A stretch of DNA of 31,961 nucleotides from a virus (Duplodnaviria > Caudoviricetes): the IMG/VR virus record IMGVR_UViG_3300037991_000533, positions 1-31,961 of that record; one strand, 5' to 3'. Below the pieces are notes generated by a model. It did no database searches, was not told where the DNA came from, and saw nothing but the letters and a program-made list of their open reading frames with translations. Positions 7,853-16,916 of the stretch are shown here, in pieces. The stretch's first letter is position 1. Each line of letters starts with the position of its first letter. Both the position numbers and the translations under genes were made by a program.

Positions 7853-10627
7853 ATGGCAGCACCAACAATTATTAAAGGCGAAGAACATTTCTTTCCAATA
7901 ATTTATTCTGGAAATGGACAGGGTCAAAGAGTAGGTAATTTTATACCTTTTACTGACCAAGCTACTATTGCTAAAAGTGTTATGTATAATGATGGTGATA
8001 GTCCTTATTTAACAAGAACTCAAGAAAGTGGTTCAGGTGACCAAAAAAGAAAAGCTACTTTTTCATGGTGGTTTAAAAGAGGCACGAATTATGGAGCAGA
8101 AATGATACATGTTGGGTCAGCTCCTTCAACAAGATTGTTAGCACGATTTGACACATCAGATAGATTGGTGTTTCGTTTAACTAACGGAACTACAGAATAT
8201 CAAAAAGTAACAAACATGACATTTAAAGATTCTTCAAAATGGTATCATTGTGTTTGGGCAATTGATGTAAGTCAAAGCACAGCTACTGATAGGTCAAAGG
8301 TATATATTGATGGTCAGAGAATAACTAGTTGGAGTTCTGATAATAATCCAGCACAAAATACAGATGTTGTAGGATTAGCTGATGGTACAACACAAAGAAT
8401 TGGTTGTGGTGCACATTTTGTAGGACAAATTTTTGACGGATATTTAGCAGAGTTTAATTATATAGATAATCAAGTATTATTACCTGCATCTTTTGGTATT
8501 ACTGATACCTCAACTGGTCGTTGGATTCCAAAAACTGTTGAACCTTTTCCTACAACTACAACTGATATTGCAGTAACAGTTGTAAGTAGTGGTGGTAATA
8601 AATATGCTCTTGATGGAGTAACACAAGGAACAGTAACTCTTATTGAAGGTGCAACTTATAAGTTTGACCAAAGTGATTCTTCTAACTCTGGGCATCCATT
8701 AAGATTTTCTACAACTTCAGATGGAACACATGGTGGTGGTTCAGAATTTACAAGTGGTGTAACAACATCTGGAACCCCAGGCTCAAGTGGTGCTTATACA
8801 GAAATAACAGTACCAACAGGAACAGCTACATTATATTATTATTGCACTAATCATTCAGGTATGGGTGGCACTGCTAATACTCAAGACCAGTATGGTTCAA
8901 ATGGATTTAGATTACAGTTTCAAGATAGTTCAGCATTAGGTGATGATACTAGTGGAAATACGAATGATTTTACATCTAGTGGTTTAACAGCATCTGACCA
9001 ACGAACTGATACACCTACAAATAATCTACCTATAATGAGACCATACAACCCTAGTTATTCTCAAATATTATATGAAGGTAATTTAACACATTACACAAAT
9101 GGAACCAACAAAGGTTATCCTATGCCTTCAACTTTACGACCTAGAGGTTCAGGTAAATATTATGCTGAATGTAGAGTTAGTGGTGATGGAGGTGGTAATA
9201 CTGTAGACCTTGGAGTATATACTCAAGAAGATATGCATAATTATTCTAGTGGTAATTGGTACCCAGGAAATAATAATGGTAGTGGTTGGAACTCTGCTGT
9301 AGGTTATGGAAGTAGAGGGTTTTATCAACAAGTAAATAATACTAATACTTATGTTAAATTTATTAGTGAAACTATGGCAGCAGGTGATGTTATAGGTATG
9401 GCTTTAGATTTAGACAATGGTCAACTTTCCTATTATAATAACTCTGGAAGTTTAGTTGGAAGTGTGCCTGTTGACAGTACTAAAACACTTATGTTTGCTG
9501 GTGTGTCAAATACAAGTATTACTTTTATTTGGAACTTTGGTGATAACGGAACTTTTTCTGGTAATGAAACAGCAGGTGGTAATGCTGATGAAGATGGTAA
9601 TGGAAACTTTTATCATAGTGTTCCAAGTGGTTTTAAAATGTTGAGACAAGATAGTATGCCAGAAACAGGTAAAGGTATTCCTGGACTAGTATGGGTTAAA
9701 GATACAGATGGCTCAGGTAATTTTCATACATTAAACGATTCTAGCAGAGGAAGCCTTTTAGAAGTATATGCTAATAGTGATTCTGCACAAGCCACACAAC
9801 CCAACTCTATAAAAAAATTTTTAAAAGGTGGCTATTCAGTGATGAATGCTGGTAATTGGAATTATGCTGGTAATAGGTTTTGTGCTTGGAACTGGGTAGG
9901 AAATGGAGGAACTACTGCAACCAACAGTAATGGTTCAATTACCTCAACTGTTCAAGCTAATACAACTGCTGGATTTTCTATCGTACAATATACTGGTACT
10001 GGTAGTAATGGAAGTGTTGGACATGGATTATCTCAAGCACCAGAATGGATTATGGTAAAGATTTTAAATCTTAATTCAGTTGCTGGTTTTACAGTTTCAA
10101 CAACAGCAGACCCTAATGGATTTAATAATTATTTATATTTAAACGAAACAGAAGTAAGTAGAGCATATGATAATTGGCAAAACACAGCACCAACAAATAG
10201 TGTATTCACTGTAAGTTCTTCAACTATAACAAATTATAGTAGTCAAGCTATGTTAGCTTATTGTTGGCATTCTGTAGATGGCTTTAGTAAATTTGGAAGA
10301 TACAAAGCTAATGGTAATGCTGATGGACCTTTTGTATACACAGGATTTAAACCAGCATTTGTTATGATTAAAAATATAGATAGTGCTTATAGTTGGGGTA
10401 TGTTTGATAATAAAAGAGACCCAGATAATCCAGTAAAAGATTATTTAGCAGCAAACTCAACAGCAGTAAGTGGCAGCCAGGAGGTTATGGATTTTTTATC
10501 TAATGGTTTTAAAATGAGAATTAGTGGTTCTTCATGGACTAATAATTCAACAGACACACACGTTTATATGGCATTTGCTGAAAATCCATTTGTGGGTGAT
10601 GGTACAAGTCCTGTAACTGCACGATAG
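7853..10627 (+). CDS. Multidomain LamG + cupredoxin-like insert + SPRY + C-terminal beta domain virion protein
   Basis: Core collinear with the upstream ORF, plus AGFSIVQYTGTG, VGHGLSQAPEWI, GPFVYTGFKPAFVMIK and DFLSNGFKMR domain motifs. Confidence 0.8.
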   Translation: MAAPTIIKGEEHFFPIIYSGNGQGQRVGNFIPFTDQATIAKSVMYNDGDSPYLTRTQESGSGDQKRKATFSWWFKRGTNYGAEMIHVGSAPSTRLLARFDTSDRLVFRLTNGTTEYQKVTNMTFKDSSKWYHCVWAIDVSQSTATDRSKVYIDGQRITSWSSDNNPAQNTDVVGLADGTTQRIGCGAHFVGQIFDGYLAEFNYIDNQVLLPASFGITDTSTGRWIPKTVEPFPTTTTDIAVTVVSSGGNKYALDGVTQGTVTLIEGATYKFDQSDSSNSGHPLRFSTTSDGTHGGGSEFTSGVTTSGTPGSSGAYTEITVPTGTATLYYYCTNHSGMGGTANTQDQYGSNGFRLQFQDSSALGDDTSGNTNDFTSSGLTASDQRTDTPTNNLPIMRPYNPSYSQILYEGNLTHYTNGTNKGYPMPSTLRPRGSGKYYAECRVSGDGGGNTVDLGVYTQEDMHNYSSGNWYPGNNNGSGWNSAVGYGSRGFYQQVNNTNTYVKFISETMAAGDVIGMALDLDNGQLSYYNNSGSLVGSVPVDSTKTLMFAGVSNTSITFIWNFGDNGTFSGNETAGGNADEDGNGNFYHSVPSGFKMLRQDSMPETGKGIPGLVWVKDTDGSGNFHTLNDSSRGSLLEVYANSDSAQATQPNSIKKFLKGGYSVMNAGNWNYAGNRFCAWNWVGNGGTTATNSNGSITSTVQANTTAGFSIVQYTGTGSNGSVGHGLSQAPEWIMVKILNLNSVAGFTVSTTADPNGFNNYLYLNETEVSRAYDNWQNTAPTNSVFTVSSSTITNYSSQAMLAYCWHSVDGFSKFGRYKANGNADGPFVYTGFKPAFVMIKNIDSAYSWGMFDNKRDPDNPVKDYLAANSTAVSGSQEVMDFLSNGFKMRISGSSWTNNSTDTHVYMAFAENPFVGDGTSPVTAR

Positions 10628-10629
10628 GG

Positions 10630-10658
10630 TTGTATTTAAATAACTAATAGTTTATAAT
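10630..10658 (+). promoter_or_regulatory. Sigma70-type promoter
   Basis: TTGTAT-N17-TATAAT in the intergenic gap, upstream of AAGGAG RBS and ATG 10692. Confidence 0.7.
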
Positions 10659-10691
10659 ATTAATTAACACAATAACATAAGGAGAAATATA

Positions 10692-11300
10692 ATGTGGGCA
10701 AAAGTAAAAGCTGACCAAGTTATTGAAATCTTCAGTGGTGCTAAAGCTGTAACTGATAATAATGGTATTCAGCATCCTGCAAGTATATTTAGTAATTGGT
10801 CAAAAGCAGAGTTAGCTAATATTGGTTTTTATCCAGTAACTCAGGCAACACCTGCTGATAATAGATTTTATAAAAATGGAGCTGCAAGTTATAGCTTTAG
10901 TAATGGAGTTGTTACTGAAACTATGAGTTCAACTGCACATGAAATAGCTGACGTTACAGTTACAGATAAAGATGGTAACGTAGTTAATGATAGTAAAGGT
11001 AATCCAAGAATACAAACTGGTTTAATATCTCAATATAAAATGGATATTGATAAACGTGCTTATAATTTATTACAACCATCAGACTGGATGGTCGTAAGAG
11101 AAATGGAAACAAGTGTAGCAGTTCCTTCTGAATGGTCAACGTACAGAGCAGGTGTACGAACTAAAGCTGCAGAGATGAAAACTGCAGTGTCTGCTGTAAC
11201 TTCAGTAGGTGCATTAAAAGATTTACATGTAGTTTATGATGCAGATAATTCAATAGCAAGTGGAATATTATATAATTTTGGTGAACCACCAACAGAATAG
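10692..11300 (+). CDS. Tail fibre assembly chaperone-like protein
   Basis: LLQPSDWMVVR...WSTYRAGVR resembles the L..SDW...W..YR..LR signature; follows fibre/lectin genes. Confidence 0.65.
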   Translation: MWAKVKADQVIEIFSGAKAVTDNNGIQHPASIFSNWSKAELANIGFYPVTQATPADNRFYKNGAASYSFSNGVVTETMSSTAHEIADVTVTDKDGNVVNDSKGNPRIQTGLISQYKMDIDKRAYNLLQPSDWMVVREMETSVAVPSEWSTYRAGVRTKAAEMKTAVSAVTSVGALKDLHVVYDADNSIASGILYNFGEPPTE

Positions 11301-11311
11301 GGGAAAATTAA

Positions 11312-12283
11312 ATGGCAACATTTACGTCAAGGATTAGACTTGAGAAGCAAGATAATGGAGCAAACTCAGGAACATGGGGTACTGTACTTAATCAAAACGT
11401 AATTGATTTAGTTGATGATGCAGTCGCAGGTTATACTATTGTCTCATGTAGTTCAGCTATAACATTATCATCTAATAATGGTTCTTCTGACCAAGCTCGT
11501 AGTGCAATTCTTGAACTTCAAGGAACATTAACATCTAGTGTTGATATTACAATTCCCTCAGTATCTAAAATTTATTTTGTAAAAAATAATACTTCAGGTT
11601 CACATGCAATTACATTAAAAACTGCAGCAACAACTGCAAAAACTACAGTTACTCAAGGTGGTACTGGTCCTTTTGTTTGTGATGGTACAAATGTATTTTC
11701 AGGTGCTGATACTACAGGTCTAGGTTTAGGTACAGCAGCTACATTAGACTTTGGTACTGGTGATGCTAATTTAATTCCAGTGTCAAGTGCAGATGTAAGA
11801 TATATACCTACTTCAACTTCTTCAACTATTAGTTCTAATAAAGTATTTAGTGGTACTGTTATTACTTCAGGAACAAATACATTTACTTCAGTTACTACAC
11901 ACTCAGGTAAGTCAGTATTTACTGCTGAAGTATCTGCAGCTTCATCAGCAACTTTTTCAGGTGCAGTAGGAACTCCTGAAGTTTCAATTGCAAGTGCAAC
12001 TTCAATGAATATAGATTTTTCAGCAGGAAATAATTTTGCTATTACATTAGGAACAAATGCAACTCTTGCAGGAGCAGTTAATGGTAAGGTAGGTCAATCA
12101 GGTACAATAACAATAACGCAAGATGGTACAGGAAATAGAACATTATCTTATGGAGCTTCTTATAATTTTCCAAGTGGTACAGCACCTACACTCTCAACTG
12201 CTGCTGCTGCAAAAGATATTATAGTTTATAAAGTAAGGGAAGTTTCATCTGTAGATTGTGCCAGTCTTCTTAATCTTTCATAG
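11312..12283 (+). CDS. Tail fibre / fibre adaptor protein
   Basis: N-terminus LEKQDNGANSGTWG..N.N typical of this phage class; C-terminal domain paralogous to that of 4266-6098. Confidence 0.75.
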   Translation: MATFTSRIRLEKQDNGANSGTWGTVLNQNVIDLVDDAVAGYTIVSCSSAITLSSNNGSSDQARSAILELQGTLTSSVDITIPSVSKIYFVKNNTSGSHAITLKTAATTAKTTVTQGGTGPFVCDGTNVFSGADTTGLGLGTAATLDFGTGDANLIPVSSADVRYIPTSTSSTISSNKVFSGTVITSGTNTFTSVTTHSGKSVFTAEVSAASSATFSGAVGTPEVSIASATSMNIDFSAGNNFAITLGTNATLAGAVNGKVGQSGTITITQDGTGNRTLSYGASYNFPSGTAPTLSTAAAAKDIIVYKVREVSSVDCASLLNLS

Positions 12284-12291
12284 GAGATTCT

Positions 12292-14124
12292 ATGTCAACA
12301 GAAACACAGCTTCAGTTACTTAAACTTGATTTTGCTCCAGGTTTTCATAGAGAGTCAACTCAATATGCTGAACAAGGTAAATGGTATGATGGTAATAGAG
12401 TTAGATTTAGAGCAGGTAAACCTGAAAATATAGGTGGATGGAACTTTAAAGTTAATACTTCTTTTGAAGGAACTGCTAGAGATTTAATTAGTTGGGAAGA
12501 TAATGATACATTAAAGAGGGCAGCTTTTGGAACTGAATCAAAACTTTACACTTATTTTGGTGGTGTTAATTATGACATTACTCCTATTACCTCAACAGTT
12601 ACTGTAACAAATAAATTAACAACTGCAGCAGGTAGCACAAAAGTTTTAGTAAGTACAGCTAATACTTTATCTACTGGAGACTTTATAGAATTTACATCAA
12701 TGGCAGCAACTATTGGTGGTAATGTATTTTTTACAAGTGGTAGTGATTTTAAAGTTAGTGTTATTAATAGTAATTCATTTGAAGTATTAACTTCAACAAC
12801 TGCAGCAGCTACATCAGCAGCAACTGGTGAAGTAACAATAAACTTTTTATTACCAGTAGGTACATCAACAGCAGTTACAGGTTTAGGTTGGAATGCAGGT
12901 TATTATGGACAGGGTGGTTATGGTGAAGCTAAAACACAATCAGATATAACTATATTACCAAGACAATGGACATTAGATACATGGGGTGAAGATTTAGTTG
13001 CAGGTTTAAGAGGTGGTCGTGTTTATTATTGGGAAACTTCTGTAGGTATTGACCAAAGAATAATTGAAGTAAGTGCAGCTCCAAGTGTAAGTAATACAAT
13101 AATTGTTTCTCAAGAAGACAGACATTTAATTTGTATGGGAACAAATCAATTTACAGGTGGAGCATTTAATCCATTATTAGTTAGATGGTCAAATCAAAAT
13201 GATTTTAATAACTGGACACCTTCAGTAAGTTCAACTTCAGGTGAAGCTATATTAGGTTCAGGAAATAGAATTGTAGCAGCAGCTCGTAGTAGAAATAATA
13301 TAATTATTTTAACTGATAAGTCTGCACATACTATGCAATTTATTGGACCACCATTTACTTTTGGTTTTAATGAAATAGGTACAAACTGTGGTGCAGTAGG
13401 TTTACATTCAGCTAAAGATTTTGATGGTAGAGTTTATTGGATGGGTACTGCAAACTTTTATGTGTTTGATGGTACAGTTAAAAATTTACCATGCACAGTA
13501 AGACGATTTGTTTTTGACGATATTAATTTAGACCAATCAGATAAAATATTTGCAGGTATTAATTCACAGTTTAAAGAGATAACATGGTTGTACTGTTCTA
13601 AAAATTCAACTGAATGTGATAGGTATGTAACCTTTAATCCAAATGAAAACTATTGGGTATATGGTTCTACACACTTTACAACTTTTGAAGATAAGGGTGT
13701 ATTTGCAAACACAATTACAACTGGTCGTGAAGATGATGGTGATTCCTATTTATATGATAATGAACCTGAAGGTATCTACACTGCAAATGGAAATGGTATT
13801 GAATCATTTGTAGAGTCAGCAGATTTTGATATGTCTCAAGGTAATGAAATAATGTTTATAGATAGAATGGTTCCTGACTTTACATTAAACAATGAAGTAT
13901 CAGGAACATCTGGACAACTTAATGTACAGTTTACTACTAAGAGATACCCAGATTCAAATGAATCAACAACAAAAGGACCTTTTATTATACAACCAAATAC
14001 TCAAAAGGTTTCAATGAGAGCCAGAGGAAGACAAGCAAAGATAAGAGTAGCAACTTCAACAACAGGTACAAGTTGGAGATATGGGACAGTAAGGCTTGAT
14101 ATAGGCTCAGATGGGATGAGATAA
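12292..14124 (+). CDS. Tail hub / DNA stabilisation protein (P22 gp10-like)
   Basis: WYDGNRVRFRAGKPENIGGW, WTLDTWGEDL, LLVRWSNQ, FIGPPFTFGF..GTNCG, RARGRQ...WRYG, ends DGMR. Confidence 0.75.
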   Translation: MSTETQLQLLKLDFAPGFHRESTQYAEQGKWYDGNRVRFRAGKPENIGGWNFKVNTSFEGTARDLISWEDNDTLKRAAFGTESKLYTYFGGVNYDITPITSTVTVTNKLTTAAGSTKVLVSTANTLSTGDFIEFTSMAATIGGNVFFTSGSDFKVSVINSNSFEVLTSTTAAATSAATGEVTINFLLPVGTSTAVTGLGWNAGYYGQGGYGEAKTQSDITILPRQWTLDTWGEDLVAGLRGGRVYYWETSVGIDQRIIEVSAAPSVSNTIIVSQEDRHLICMGTNQFTGGAFNPLLVRWSNQNDFNNWTPSVSSTSGEAILGSGNRIVAAARSRNNIIILTDKSAHTMQFIGPPFTFGFNEIGTNCGAVGLHSAKDFDGRVYWMGTANFYVFDGTVKNLPCTVRRFVFDDINLDQSDKIFAGINSQFKEITWLYCSKNSTECDRYVTFNPNENYWVYGSTHFTTFEDKGVFANTITTGREDDGDSYLYDNEPEGIYTANGNGIESFVESADFDMSQGNEIMFIDRMVPDFTLNNEVSGTSGQLNVQFTTKRYPDSNESTTKGPFIIQPNTQKVSMRARGRQAKIRVATSTTGTSWRYGTVRLDIGSDGMR

Positions 14125-14411
14125 TGGCTACAAATAAAGCTACAGTTTTTCCTGAACTACGAGATACGTTTGGGACTTTAACAACAAGAGAACAGAAGAT
14201 TGTTTTTGATATTGTAAAACAATGGGCAGATTCTTTAACAACTGAATTAACATCACAGATTATTCAGGAACAAGCTAGAGAATCAATAAGAGTTGCAAGA
14301 GTGGATAATACAGCAAATGTACCTAACCCTCAAGCAGGTGATATAAGATTTAACATTTCAACTTCAAAGTTTCAAGGATATACTGGAAGTGCTTGGGTTG
14401 ATTTTCATTAG
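14124..14411 (+). CDS. Small tail-associated protein
   Basis: 95 aa coupled to the hub gene; C-terminal GDIRFN...FQGYTGSAW fibre-knob-like motif. Confidence 0.55.
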   Translation: MATNKATVFPELRDTFGTLTTREQKIVFDIVKQWADSLTTELTSQIIQEQARESIRVARVDNTANVPNPQAGDIRFNISTSKFQGYTGSAWVDFH

Positions 14412-14419
14412 GAGTAATT

Positions 14420-15208
14420 ATGGGAGCAGGTGGTAGTAATTATGCACAAAATGCATTAGCCACATTATTTACAGAACAGTTTAGAAATCAAGGAGCTATT
14501 GGTCCTAGTGATAATCCACAAAATTTACAAGAGTTGGCTGATGATATGGCTTATCATAAAGCTAGGCAAGAAGGATTAACAACTAATCAAGAGTTAGTTG
14601 AACAGTATACTCCTCAATCAACATCTGTTGGTAACACAGTTCAAGATGTTTTAAAAAGATATACTGAAGGAACAGGAGAAGTACCTACTTCACAATCAGC
14701 AGGATTACAAGGTATATTAGATAAGATAGCTGCAGAACAAAAAGCATTAGATGAATTAAAATTTACTGAAACTAAAACTAGACAAGTACCTGTTTACACT
14801 TACTATAAAGGAGCTACTGGTCCTACAGGATTAGCAGGAAGCACACCAGGTGTACCTACAAGGACAACACAAATCCCAAAGGGTTCTATTTATTCTCCAG
14901 GTGGAGGAGGAGGGGGTCTATCAGTTCCTCAACCAGCAGGTTATACGAGTCCATCAGGGTCAAGATACGAAAGAACAGGTAGTAAAACTGTTACTGATAC
15001 ATTTACACGTCCTGCAGTAGCTGGAGACCCAGAGTACGATAAAAAACAAAAACTAATAGATGCTTTACAAGGACAATATGATACAAGAAGTAAATATACT
15101 TCACCAAGTGCATCAGGAATACAGGGTTTAATAGCTGAACCTATTGCAAATCAGCCACAAACAGGTTATAATAATATTAACGAAATTATGAAAAGGTATA
15201 TAGGATAA
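14420..15208 (+). CDS. Hypothetical protein (probable internal virion protein)
   Basis: 262 aa G/T/P/Q-rich, AGGAG RBS, first gene of the ejection cluster. Confidence 0.5.
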   Translation: MGAGGSNYAQNALATLFTEQFRNQGAIGPSDNPQNLQELADDMAYHKARQEGLTTNQELVEQYTPQSTSVGNTVQDVLKRYTEGTGEVPTSQSAGLQGILDKIAAEQKALDELKFTETKTRQVPVYTYYKGATGPTGLAGSTPGVPTRTTQIPKGSIYSPGGGGGGLSVPQPAGYTSPSGSRYERTGSKTVTDTFTRPAVAGDPEYDKKQKLIDALQGQYDTRSKYTSPSASGIQGLIAEPIANQPQTGYNNINEIMKRYIG

Positions 15209-16491
15209 TGATGCAAAATAAAATGACAGCTCCACCATTACAAGGAATATCTAACTTGATGAAGATGCAAGGTAGAATGGGTGACACTGAGTTAGTACAT
15301 ATGACTAAGCCTGAAGTAAAAGGTTTAGCATCATTAGGTGTACTAACTAAAAATCCTAATACTGGTTTACCTGAAGCATTTCTTGGTAGCATTGGTGGAT
15401 TTTTTAGAGACATTGTAGCTCCTGCAGCAATTGGTGCTATATCAGGACCTGCAGCACCTTATACAGTAGCAGGTTATCAAATGGCTAAGACTGGTGCAAT
15501 GGGTGGTAATTTTATTGATGCAGCTACAGCAGGTTTAATGAGTTTTGCAGGTGGTAAATTAGGTCAAAGTTTAGGAAAAAGTTTTGCTGATACAGGTACT
15601 GCAGTAGCTGATGGCACTAAATCTGCTGCTGAAGCTATGGTTCCTCCTACTGCTACAAGCGATTATAGTGCAGGTTTAGTTCCTGCTACAGCTCCTTCAG
15701 CTTTAGAAACTATATCTCAAATACCTGGAAAAATAGCTGGTGGTATAAGTGATTTAGTAACAGACCCAGGAAAAGCTATATCAGGATTAGCTAAGACTGC
15801 AGGTGAAAATATTAGTGAAACTTTAAAAGACCCTGAAAAATTAGGAAGAGTAGCAGGAACTGCTTTAGGTTCTCGTCTAGCTGACACAATGTTACAGGAA
15901 AAACTACAATCAGAAAATATTCCAGATACAGTTAAAGATGCTGAAACAGTTCAACAAGAATTTTCAACAGGTAAACTACAAAACATGAACCCTCAATATG
16001 CAGATAAAGATTTGTCTGCTTCACGAATCGTAGGTGCAATGCAAGGAACTCAAGCACCTTTACAATTTACTGACCCTAGTTATTCACCTGCAGTGACAGG
16101 TAATTTAAGTTCAATACTAGGTGCTAAAAATGGAGGTGCTATGTCTAATCTGAAGGAGAGAGCAATGGGCAGCCAAAGTAAAGGTCTAGCAGATGCGTTA
16201 GAATCTATTACTGAAGGTGCTGAAGACATTGTAGACATGGGGGGAGGGCAGGTTTATTTTGAAGGTATGGTAAAAGGTGATGGTGATGGTATGTCAGATG
16301 AAATACCTTTTAGTATTGAAGGACAACAACCTGCATTATTAAGTAGAGACGAGTACGTGTTACCTGCTGACGTTGTATCAGCTTTAGGTAATGGTTCATC
16401 TAACGCAGGTGCAGATATGTTAGATAAGTTTATGACTGACGTTAGAGAAAAAACTATGGGGAGAGAAAGACAGATTAACCAAATAGGATAG
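15208..16491 (+). CDS. Internal virion / ejection protein
   Basis: GRMGDTELVH...NPNTGLPEAF domain, Gly/Ala hydrophobic segment, C-terminal GDGDGMSDEIP...LSRDEYVLPADVVS domain. Confidence 0.65.
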   Translation: MMQNKMTAPPLQGISNLMKMQGRMGDTELVHMTKPEVKGLASLGVLTKNPNTGLPEAFLGSIGGFFRDIVAPAAIGAISGPAAPYTVAGYQMAKTGAMGGNFIDAATAGLMSFAGGKLGQSLGKSFADTGTAVADGTKSAAEAMVPPTATSDYSAGLVPATAPSALETISQIPGKIAGGISDLVTDPGKAISGLAKTAGENISETLKDPEKLGRVAGTALGSRLADTMLQEKLQSENIPDTVKDAETVQQEFSTGKLQNMNPQYADKDLSASRIVGAMQGTQAPLQFTDPSYSPAVTGNLSSILGAKNGGAMSNLKERAMGSQSKGLADALESITEGAEDIVDMGGGQVYFEGMVKGDGDGMSDEIPFSIEGQQPALLSRDEYVLPADVVSALGNGSSNAGADMLDKFMTDVREKTMGRERQINQIG

Positions 16492-16499
16492 GAGTAATA

Positions 16500-16916
16500 A
16501 TGAAAGTCGTTCCTGTTGAACCCATAGCAGTAGAATTATTTTGGGATAAAATTAAACCCTTAATTAAAAAAGCAACAGATTATTCAGGTGGTAGGCACAC
16601 TGTAAGTACAACAAAATATTTATGTGAAACAGGTATGATGAATTTATGGTTAGTTTTTAAAGACGTTAAAAACATTGAAGCCATAATAACCACACAAAAA
16701 GTTATTTATCCTGCAAAAACAATGATGTCAGTTGTTTTATGTGGTGGTAAAAATATGAATAAATGGGCACGTTTAGCTATTAATACTATAAATGATTATG
16801 CTAAAAAAGAAAAGTGTACTGGAGTTGAAGTCATGGGTAGACCAGGGTGGAGAAAAATATTTAAACAACATACAAAATATAAGGAAAGTTATGTCTTATT
16901 TGAAAAAGATTTCTGA
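16500..16916 (+). CDS. GNAT-fold acyltransferase-like protein
   Basis: 138 aa; LWLV, YPAK, CGG..M..W, AKKEKC..VE..GRPGW.K pattern; position among ejection genes as for P22 gp14-like genes. Confidence 0.55.
   Translation: MKVVPVEPIAVELFWDKIKPLIKKATDYSGGRHTVSTTKYLCETGMMNLWLVFKDVKNIEAIITTQKVIYPAKTMMSVVLCGGKNMNKWARLAINTINDYAKKEKCTGVEVMGRPGWRKIFKQHTKYKESYVLFEKDF

Noticed and set aside
16792-16890. Longer start for the DNA-transfer gene
   Set aside because: Would overlap the GNAT-like gene by 125 nt; ATG 16891 has an AAGGA RBS
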